Shown here: positions 28,483 through 35,682 of the stretch, piece by piece
Numbering within the stretch: position 1 is the stretch's first letter
How the letters are laid out: every line of letters begins with the position of its first letter
NCBI GenBank assembly: GCA_030647415.1
Contig: JAUSKB010000023.1
Location: 1-48,456 of the forward strand
Source: a bacterium
GTDB taxonomy: Bacteria > Patescibacteriota > Minisyncoccia > UBA6257 > GWB1-50-10
DNA length: 48,456 nt
Direction of reading: 5' to 3'
The notes under the pieces: generated by a model
What the model was told of the DNA's origin: nothing
The model's database searches: none
The model's input: the letters and a program-made list of their open reading frames with translations, nothing else
Made by a program: the position numbers and the translations under genes

Positions 28483-28989
28483 ATGAAAACAGATTTATTA
28501 CCAGTAAAACCATTTCAGGAAACTCTCCACCAGAATATGTGCGGGCCGGCAAGCCTGAAAATGGTTTTCCATTACTACGGAATTGAAAAGTCAGAACAAG
28601 AAATAGCCGAAATGTGTAATGTAGATGAAGACTTGGGAACCAACGACACAACGATTCAAAGGGTGGCTGAAGAATTGGGATTCAAGGTAAAAATAAAAAA
28701 TAATAGCACGTTTGAAGACATTCGGGCCTGGTTAGATGAAAAAGTGCCGGTGATTGTGAATTGGTTTACCAGAGGTCGATCAGATTATGATGATTCAGAG
28801 GTTGCGGATGGCCATTATTCCGTGGTTGTCGGATTAGATGAAGAATTTATTTATTTACAGGATCCAGAAATAGGAAAGTTGAGAAAGATAGAGAAAGAAG
28901 ATTTTATGAAAGTGTGGTTTGATTTTACGGGGAAATATATAAACCCAGATGAGTTGATTATTAGACAGCTTATTGCTATTTCCAAATGA
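28483..28989 (+). CDS. Stand-alone peptidase C39-like cysteine protease
   Basis: Q...CGPASLKMV, GHYSVVVG, LQDP; no signal peptide or transporter domain. Confidence 0.85.
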   Translation: MKTDLLPVKPFQETLHQNMCGPASLKMVFHYYGIEKSEQEIAEMCNVDEDLGTNDTTIQRVAEELGFKVKIKNNSTFEDIRAWLDEKVPVIVNWFTRGRSDYDDSEVADGHYSVVVGLDEEFIYLQDPEIGKLRKIEKEDFMKVWFDFTGKYINPDELIIRQLIAISK

Positions 28990-28993
28990 AAAA

Positions 28994-29116
28994 TCAAGAA
29001 TCCCGCCCCAAGGGGACGGGGTATGACCGGTAGATGGCCTCGAGCTTCCGGTCCTGCGCCGCCAGCCGGTTTGACAAGCTCACCGCAGGCTGTTCCTCGA
29101 ACCGTATGTCATCCAT
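28994..29116 (-). pseudogene. Truncated paralog of the 25677-25913 gene (40 aa)
   Basis: MDDIRFEEQPAVSLSNRLAAQDRKLEAIYRS vs MDETRREERNEASVSGRLAAQEQKLDAIYRS; upstream DNA also similar. Confidence 0.75.
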
Positions 29117-29170
29117 AGGGTAATGATAGCACAGCACAATTGCGTCTTCCCCTCATGCGTATAAAAAGAA

Positions 29171-29192
29171 GAGGGCGGCATGTGCCGCCCTC
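29171..29192 (-). terminator. Terminator after kinase gene
   Basis: GAGGGCGGC-ATGT-GCCGCCCTC with minus-strand TTCTTTTT tail. Confidence 0.7.
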
Positions 29193-29206
29193 GTTGTTGA
29201 TTCAAC

Positions 29207-30943
29207 CTACCTACTGCTATTCATGCGGAGCGACCACACCTCGCCTCGCTGAATATAGGTGACCAGATCCCCCCAGTTCGAGAGGATCATATCGGTCGCG
29301 ATTTGTCTGTCCTCGACTTTCGTAACGCTGCCGCTCGTCGGAGCGAATACGGCTAACGTACCGTCCTCGAGTATCGTCGCGCAAACCCCTTTCGGGAGTA
29401 TGGCGAGATTCAATTCCGGCCCATCAGTTACACCGCTCCACACCTTATATGACGAATAATCGTGATTGAAGGTGAGCTCTATCTTCTGGTAGGTTCCGCT
29501 CTTATCGATGTAGATGAGCGAAACAAAACGGTTTCCTGCCTTGCCGGCGATCACCTGCACACCGTCTAACTCGCGAACTCGCGTTTGCGTTACTGCGGCA
29601 TCGCCGAACGGTGCAATGACAAACTTCGCACCCATCGCATCAATGACACCGCATCCATCAAACCACTTTGTTGAATTCACAAGGATACCCCACGTTTGCC
29701 CAGCGGAAGCTATCACTCGGTCGCCAAGCTGCGTACACTTGATTTCCATGAGACCCTGGTCCGTCACCCCAAACATTCGATTTTCATATCCGACGAGCTG
29801 ACGAACCTTCACTGAAAACGGGAGGATCTCGCTACGTAAACCTCCATCTCGAATAAACTCAAGACGCACTGACCCGCGCTCAACCCATCCGGCGAGCCAC
29901 CCCTTTCTGACGCGTATGACTTCGCAATCACTCGAGGCTACTGTCATACTATGCTGTCTCGTCGCTAGATCTACGAGTTTATTAGATGCGAGGAGTGCTA
30001 ACCCACAAGGAAAAATCCGTGTTGCTTCGTCTCCCGGAAATCCGAAAAGCTTCTCATATACAAGCATTCCCGATGCTGCCGTAGTAACGACACGAAGCAC
30101 CTGGATCGCCCGTGGAGTCGCAAGAGCCTTGTCGAATGGCGACGGTGGTTCCGTACGCTCACCTTTCTGGAACGTCGCTTCGTACCAACTAAGCAACGAA
30201 GTGGGAATGCACGAGAAATCCCGCACCGCCTGATTCAACCTGACGCCAGGCGTGAACACTGAAGCATTCGCTCGCATCCGATTCTCAAGGTCTCCCCTCG
30301 CGTATCCGTCTAACGTACCCTTGTATGGATGGATGCCGGTGTACACCTGGAACGTGACGACCCCCCAAGCAAACCAATCGGTTCGCTCGTCGAATTTTTT
30401 GGCATGCCAATCGCGCACTGACGGCATGACCACCGTCGGTGGCCACCTGCCGATCGACCACGAGTCTACGTCGACTATGCGGGGATCGGGATCACCACCA
30501 GTGAACTGCGCGAACCAGTTGAGCTCGTTCGGATCGACCAGAATCGCCTTGTGCCCATGAGCGAAGACGAACACTTCGCGCATGCGATCGACGAGCGTCG
30601 AGGCGTGCTTCGAGGTGAATTTCTCACGTCGATGGAATTCCGTGGTGAACACGCGCGCGAGCGGGTGCCCATCGACATATGGCATGTAGTACCCTACCGG
30701 ACCTTTGGCCGAATCAACCGCAAGCCCTCGGGGTGCCACAATGCATCGGTGCTGAAGGACCGTGAGCGCCTTGATCTTGTCGATCATGCCGCTCTTCGCC
30801 ATCTTTCCGGGATCCGTGTAGATCTTTACGACCATATCCGAAACCCTATAGATGGAACCCTCCCCGCCGGTCGCGACGTGATCGCTTGGACGGAGCGTCA
30901 CCGGCCCCTTGCCCTCAAGCGTGACCTGTATGGCACCGCTCAT
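29207..30943 (-). CDS. Ser/Thr kinase-like protein (TerY-P type) with beta-rich C-terminal region
   Basis: GGEGSIY, VVKIY, VDPNELN catalytic loop, IVDVDSW, TDWFAWGV...GIHPYKG; SD GAGGAGG and ATGA overlap with PP2C. Confidence 0.85.
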   Translation of the reverse strand: MSGAIQVTLEGKGPVTLRPSDHVATGGEGSIYRVSDMVVKIYTDPGKMAKSGMIDKIKALTVLQHRCIVAPRGLAVDSAKGPVGYYMPYVDGHPLARVFTTEFHRREKFTSKHASTLVDRMREVFVFAHGHKAILVDPNELNWFAQFTGGDPDPRIVDVDSWSIGRWPPTVVMPSVRDWHAKKFDERTDWFAWGVVTFQVYTGIHPYKGTLDGYARGDLENRMRANASVFTPGVRLNQAVRDFSCIPTSLLSWYEATFQKGERTEPPSPFDKALATPRAIQVLRVVTTAASGMLVYEKLFGFPGDEATRIFPCGLALLASNKLVDLATRQHSMTVASSDCEVIRVRKGWLAGWVERGSVRLEFIRDGGLRSEILPFSVKVRQLVGYENRMFGVTDQGLMEIKCTQLGDRVIASAGQTWGILVNSTKWFDGCGVIDAMGAKFVIAPFGDAAVTQTRVRELDGVQVIAGKAGNRFVSLIYIDKSGTYQKIELTFNHDYSSYKVWSGVTDGPELNLAILPKGVCATILEDGTLAVFAPTSGSVTKVEDRQIATDMILSNWGDLVTYIQRGEVWSLRMNSSR

Positions 30944-31839
30944 GGCGCCTCCTCTCTGCCACCCTCGTGGTCGATATGGATCGCCGCAAGCGCGATGTCG
31001 TCGACGGGACCGACACCAAAGCGCTTTGAGTCCTTGATGCCCCAATTCACCCGTCGCTTCACGAATTCCCCGGCGGTCGTCTTGAACGCGAGGAACTCAA
31101 CCACGGCATCTTGCCAACCCATGCCGGCAATCTGCGTGATGCCATCGGTGAGCACCGCGATGAAACGCAATCGCAGCAACTCCTCGGCGGAAATCGGGAT
31201 GGTGATGCCAGAGATCCCGTCACGGAGCGCATACCGAACCATCACAGACTCAGCCTGGGCACCTTCGGGCGCCGATGGGCGAAGAATCGATTCCGATCCG
31301 TATCGTGGCGCGTCAAGGTCCCCGCCATGCCGTCGGACAAAACTCTCAAGATCGACGCCATCATACTCATACCATGGGTAGAATGGCGTGTTGTCATCCC
31401 AGTCGAATCTCGTCATTCGCAACGAACCGTCGAGATACTTCATCGCGACGACGCCATCCCCTCTCACATGAACCACGCCACCGTCATTCGCGACATACGC
31501 ATACGCGCACGTCGCGTACATGTCTCGGGATTTGACGCCAAGGATGTCGAGCGACGGACGAAGTTCCGAGAAGGTCGCTGCCTGTCGCGCGCTGATGGCT
31601 TCCATGGCTCCCTGCGTCGACCCTGGACACGACTTCGCGTGCGCCCGAATCGCCTCAAGGGTCAGGAACGAGACGATGCGCGCACCTACGTCGGTGTATC
31701 CGCCTGTCGAACATCCGTCGGACACGATGGCGCACGCCGCACTGGAACCTGCGCTTGAGAGCGCATAGTCCTGGCATATCTTCCCACCGGTGTAATGCGA
31801 ATGGCCGATCTGAAAGTGATGATCTGCTGAAAGAATCAT
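30940..31839 (-). CDS. PP2C-like protein phosphatase
   Basis: CQDY, VSDGCS, GDG, LTDG, DDIA metal-binding motifs; SD AAGGAG. Confidence 0.88.
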   Translation of the reverse strand: MILSADHHFQIGHSHYTGGKICQDYALSSAGSSAACAIVSDGCSTGGYTDVGARIVSFLTLEAIRAHAKSCPGSTQGAMEAISARQAATFSELRPSLDILGVKSRDMYATCAYAYVANDGGVVHVRGDGVVAMKYLDGSLRMTRFDWDDNTPFYPWYEYDGVDLESFVRRHGGDLDAPRYGSESILRPSAPEGAQAESVMVRYALRDGISGITIPISAEELLRLRFIAVLTDGITQIAGMGWQDAVVEFLAFKTTAGEFVKRRVNWGIKDSKRFGVGPVDDIALAAIHIDHEGGREEAP

Positions 31840-31914
31840 GTTGCTACTCCTTTCCTGTGGATATACGGAAAGGGCGGTGTTGCCACCGCCCTTCTTTTTA
31901 TTTCGAGTGGCCCC

Positions 31915-32673
31915 CTATATGGTGGCCGCGATCGCCTGGCTCGGCCCACCGGTCCCGATGGCCTGTGACTGGCTCGACACAGACTGAGAGACGAACTCGG
32001 CGAGCTTTGCGAGCTTACCCTTCGTCGCGTCCCCGATGTCTATGTATTTGAGATCAGCCTCGGTCGCGAATCGCTGAAGCTCCTTGGTGTGTAGCTTCGC
32101 ATTGACCCCGATGAGGATCGGAACCAAGGACTCGATATCCTCCCCCTTCTGCCCACGATCGATCTCCGCACGGATCATCCGAGGTGTCGAGGACGACGCA
32201 TTGTCGTCACCGTCAGTAAGGACGAACACGATACCGTTCGCGAGGAAGTTCTGTGACATAAGCTGCTTTGCGTAGGCGTTCGTCGCGCCAACGCCGGAAT
32301 ACACGGCGTCGAAAAGCGGCGTCATGCCACCCGTTTTGAGAGGCTGATACGCACCTGGATCGATCTCCCCAAGCGGCTTGAAACCATGAATCTCCTCGAT
32401 GCCGCCACTCAATGACGAGGAGAACAGGATGAGGCGCAACAGCAGATTGTTCGACCGTGGCGACTTCTTGCAGCTCTCCACAGCCGTCTGAAGACACTTG
32501 AGGAGGTCATCCGCAAAGTCGTCTACAGAGCCGGTTACGTCCACCGCGATGGTCACGAGCGTGTACTCGGTTGCGCCGAGATGCTCGATGCGCGTCGCGG
32601 AAAAATGGAACCCCTTCCCGCTCCCGATCTGCATGTTCTCCATGCTCGGATCGATGTTGCTCAAACGTGGCAT
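31915..32673 (-). CDS. vWA-domain protein, TerY-like
   Basis: MIDAS VDVTGS, GGMTPL, LTDGDDN, IGV, C-terminal FVSQSVSSQS; SD AAGGAG. Confidence 0.85.
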   Translation of the reverse strand: MPRLSNIDPSMENMQIGSGKGFHFSATRIEHLGATEYTLVTIAVDVTGSVDDFADDLLKCLQTAVESCKKSPRSNNLLLRLILFSSSLSGGIEEIHGFKPLGEIDPGAYQPLKTGGMTPLFDAVYSGVGATNAYAKQLMSQNFLANGIVFVLTDGDDNASSSTPRMIRAEIDRGQKGEDIESLVPILIGVNAKLHTKELQRFATEADLKYIDIGDATKGKLAKLAEFVSQSVSSQSQAIGTGGPSQAIAATI

Positions 32674-32689
32674 AGGCTTACATCTCCTT

Positions 32690-33517
32690 TCAGTTCAGAA
32701 AATCGGTGGATGTGGCGACGGTCATTCCCCGTCGTTGCATATTGACCAGGAACTCCTGAGCAATCTGAGGGAAATCGATTCCCGGGAGTGCGCCGACCGG
32801 AGACATGCAATCCTTCAAGAGGTGGAACTTCTTGATGTGCTCATCGCCGATGTTGTCGGCGATCTGTTCTACGGTTTTCAAGACGCAATGCGAGGACGCC
32901 TCGCCGGCGACCGCCACGATGTCCGCCCCTGCGAGCATGTTGAGGAAATCGGTGTTGAGCGCTGTGCTCGCGTCGGTGGGGTCAGGAACCTCTGCCATGA
33001 GTGCCCCGTAGTGCTCGGTCCATGGGTTTGACCCCTTGGTCACATAGTCGACCATGGCGAATTCCCTTCCGGACCATTCTTGCAGCGCCTCGTTCAAGTC
33101 AGGGTGGACGTTATGCCCCCACGTGCCGATCAGGCAATGCGTCGGCCAAATACAGATTTTGTAGTGGCCGGGGCGGGCCTCGAGCGCATTCGCGTACGCA
33201 ACCATGCGGGCGCGATGCCCTGGATCCCTCGTCGTCCAGATGCCGGCCCTGATATCCGCCTCTGAGATGATGGTGAACGGTTTTGGTACCTCGCCATTCT
33301 GATCCATCCACATTGCCGCGTGACCTACATCGATCAAACGATGGCTGTCGAGCGTAACGTGAATGTCGTCCAACTTCCTACCGATACGCCGCACAAGCTG
33401 CGCTGTTTGCTTCATATCAGCATCGGCACCCGGCACCGGCAACATGGCACGGGGAATGTCGCAGAAATCGTTCTGTGGGTCGATGATGACAAGATGAATC
33501 TTCAGCCTCTTTCCCAT
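32690..33517 (-). CDS. pncA: Nicotinamidase (isochorismatase-like cysteine hydrolase)
   Basis: IDPQNDFC, TLDSH, WPTHC, KG, AGEASSHCV; SD AAGGAG before ATG 33517. Confidence 0.85.
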   Translation of the reverse strand: MGKRLKIHLVIIDPQNDFCDIPRAMLPVPGADADMKQTAQLVRRIGRKLDDIHVTLDSHRLIDVGHAAMWMDQNGEVPKPFTIISEADIRAGIWTTRDPGHRARMVAYANALEARPGHYKICIWPTHCLIGTWGHNVHPDLNEALQEWSGREFAMVDYVTKGSNPWTEHYGALMAEVPDPTDASTALNTDFLNMLAGADIVAVAGEASSHCVLKTVEQIADNIGDEHIKKFHLLKDCMSPVGALPGIDFPQIAQEFLVNMQRRGMTVATSTDFLN

Positions 33518-33584
33518 ACTGCTTCTCCTTTTTATGGGTTTATGAAATAGGTTCCTGTTGACCAGTGAACCAGTTGCTGGCGCG

Positions 33585-33613
33585 ATTTTATTACATATAT
33601 GGAATTGTGTCAA
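33585..33613 (-). promoter_or_regulatory. Sigma-70 promoter of pncA-vWA-PP2C-kinase operon
   Basis: Minus strand TTGACA (33613-33608)-17-TAAAAT (33590-33585). Confidence 0.7.
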
Positions 33614-33632
33614 TGTTTTAGTCGCTCAAAAA

Positions 33633-33664
33633 AGTTGACTTTATGTCAACTAATGATTTAGAAT
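33633..33664 (+). promoter_or_regulatory. Sigma-70 promoter of NUDIX-pncB-nadE operon with overlapping palindrome
   Basis: TTGACT (33635)-18-TAGAAT (33659); AGTTGAC-TTTAT-GTCAACT inverted repeat. Confidence 0.6.
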
Positions 33665-33721
33665 ATTCCCAGCAATTTCCACACAATTCACTTATATTCC
33701 ACATACGAAAGGGTAAAACCA

Positions 33722-34270
33722 ATGAGGCGATTCAAACCGTTATACCACGGGCGTTTTCTTGATGTCGTCCAGCACCATCAAACCGGTTTCGAGGTGGTGA
33801 GAACCACCAACTCCGTCGCGGTACTCGTCTATATCATCGGCGAGGGACTACTGCTCGTGAAGCAGCGACGCCCGGCAATGATCCGCAAGGGGAACCGATA
33901 CGGATGGATCACCGAGACAGTCGCGGGGCGAAGGGACCGAAAGCTCACCCTGAAACACCTCGCATCGAGTGAGATTAGGGAGGAGACGGGGTGCGCCATC
34001 AAGCCGAAGGACATTAAAATCCTAAACGGCGGAAAAGCGCTTGCCCTCTCCCCAGGAGCGCTCACCGAGCGGATATGGCTTGCGTACGCGGAGATTCCTC
34101 GAAAGCGGGTCAGCAACCGCTGGAACAAGATCTTCGGAGTCGATACGGATGAACGGACAGAACGTGTGTTGGTACCGCTCGCCTCGCTCGAGAAGATGAA
34201 ATTCACCGACATGAAAACCTTCGCGGTGGTGCAATGGTTCCTGCGCAGCCAGACATGGAAAGGGGCCTGA
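33722..34270 (+). CDS. NUDIX hydrolase (ADP-ribose/NDP-sugar pyrophosphatase-like)
   Basis: LLVKQRRP, ETVAG...EIREETG degenerate Nudix box, SPGALTE, DMKT. Confidence 0.82.
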   Translation: MRRFKPLYHGRFLDVVQHHQTGFEVVRTTNSVAVLVYIIGEGLLLVKQRRPAMIRKGNRYGWITETVAGRRDRKLTLKHLASSEIREETGCAIKPKDIKILNGGKALALSPGALTERIWLAYAEIPRKRVSNRWNKIFGVDTDERTERVLVPLASLEKMKFTDMKTFAVVQWFLRSQTWKGA

Positions 34271-34272
34271 CA

Positions 34273-35538
34273 TTGAAAGCAGACAAACCGATTATCAAAT
34301 CGTTCCTGTGGCAGGACTTCTACAAGTTCACCATGGGATACTTCGTGTATCATCTGTACAAGGACGTGACGGTGCGATACGCGTTCAAGAACCGGACGAC
34401 GGGTATCCACATCGGGAACCTCATCGACATCGGGGCCCTCAAGGAGGAGTTGGACCACGTCCGGACTCTGCATATCACGAGGTCGGAACACCACTACCTT
34501 CGCGGGACGTTCGAATACGGGAACAAGATGTTCTCGGACGACTACCTCGACTTTCTCCGCGATATCACAATGCCGGACTACCACTTCGAGGTGGTCGACG
34601 GTCAGATCGCTCTTGAATTCGAGGGTCCCTGGAGCACGGCGATCTACTGGGAGATATTCGCCCTGGTAATCGTACAAACGCTCCTGGGCCGTGCCGTCCT
34701 CAAACGCCATTCGCGATTCGAATTGGATGCGGTGCGCGCAGAGGGCGTACGGAGACTCGCCGATAAGATAGCCATACTGAAGACGCGGCCGGACATCATA
34801 TTCTCTGATTTCGGGACCAGGCGGGCATTCAGCCCGGAATGGCAGGAATACGTCGTCGGAGCGCTCTCTGAAGAGCTTCCCGGCGGATACCAATTCCTCG
34901 GAACGTCGAACGTGTGGCTCGCGATGCAGTATGGGCTCCTGCCTATGGGCACCGACGCGCATGAACGCACGATGGTTATCGCAGCGCTTATGGATAATGA
35001 CCCGGAAGGCAATGGGGTTCGGGCAGCCATCAGTACCGCAACCCAGCAATGGTGGGACCTGTATAACTATGGACTTTCCATCGCGCTTCCAGACACGTTT
35101 GGGACCGACGCCTTCCTTCGCTCGTTCACGCCGGCTCAGGCATACACATGGAAGGGGTTCCGGCAGGATTCTGGCGATCCGCTCGATATCATTGGAAACA
35201 AGTATATTCCCTTCTATCGCCAGTGCGGCATGAACGACGGGGAGATACGTGGGAAGTTAGCTATTCCGAGCGACGGACTCGAATTGCCGCTTATGACCAA
35301 AATCACGGATACGTTCAAAGACGTAGTTCGGATATCGAGCGGCTGGGGCACGAACCTCACCAACGACCTGGGGCTCAAAACCCTCTCGATCGTCATCAAG
35401 GTAGTCAGTGCGAACGGCCGCGGGACGGTGAAACTCTCCGATAATCCCACGAAGGCGATGGGAAGGTCAGAGGATATCGCCCGGTACATGAAGATCTTCG
35501 TGTACGGAGCGCACGATTCGGTGGAATGCAAATACTAG
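34273..35538 (+). CDS. pncB: Nicotinate phosphoribosyltransferase
   Basis: DFYKFTM, SDFGTRR, GTSN, GTDAHE, LPDTFGT, RQDSGDP, SDGL, GWGTNLTND, KLSDNPTK; probable TTG start. Confidence 0.95.
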   Translation: MKADKPIIKSFLWQDFYKFTMGYFVYHLYKDVTVRYAFKNRTTGIHIGNLIDIGALKEELDHVRTLHITRSEHHYLRGTFEYGNKMFSDDYLDFLRDITMPDYHFEVVDGQIALEFEGPWSTAIYWEIFALVIVQTLLGRAVLKRHSRFELDAVRAEGVRRLADKIAILKTRPDIIFSDFGTRRAFSPEWQEYVVGALSEELPGGYQFLGTSNVWLAMQYGLLPMGTDAHERTMVIAALMDNDPEGNGVRAAISTATQQWWDLYNYGLSIALPDTFGTDAFLRSFTPAQAYTWKGFRQDSGDPLDIIGNKYIPFYRQCGMNDGEIRGKLAIPSDGLELPLMTKITDTFKDVVRISSGWGTNLTNDLGLKTLSIVIKVVSANGRGTVKLSDNPTKAMGRSEDIARYMKIFVYGAHDSVECKY

Positions 35539-35543
35539 CAATC

Positions 35544-35573
35544 GGTAGAGACGGGCATATGCCCGTCTCTACC
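35544..35573. repeat. GTAG-type REP-like perfect palindrome
   Basis: GGTAGAGACGGGCAT|ATGCCCGTCTCTACC. Confidence 0.75.
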
Positions 35574-35682
35574 ACCTGTTTTCTCACGAGAGCGCCGAAC
35601 GCCGGCATTCTCGTGAGGGAGCACGAGCGTTCTCCCTCAGTCGTTTCACAATCACATACGAAAACCTAAGAAAGGATATCTC

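Noticed and set aside
33633-33651. NrtR box
   Set aside because: Palindrome reads GAC-N5-GTC, opposite to the GT-N7-AC core recalled for NrtR; kept only as an unassigned operator candidate
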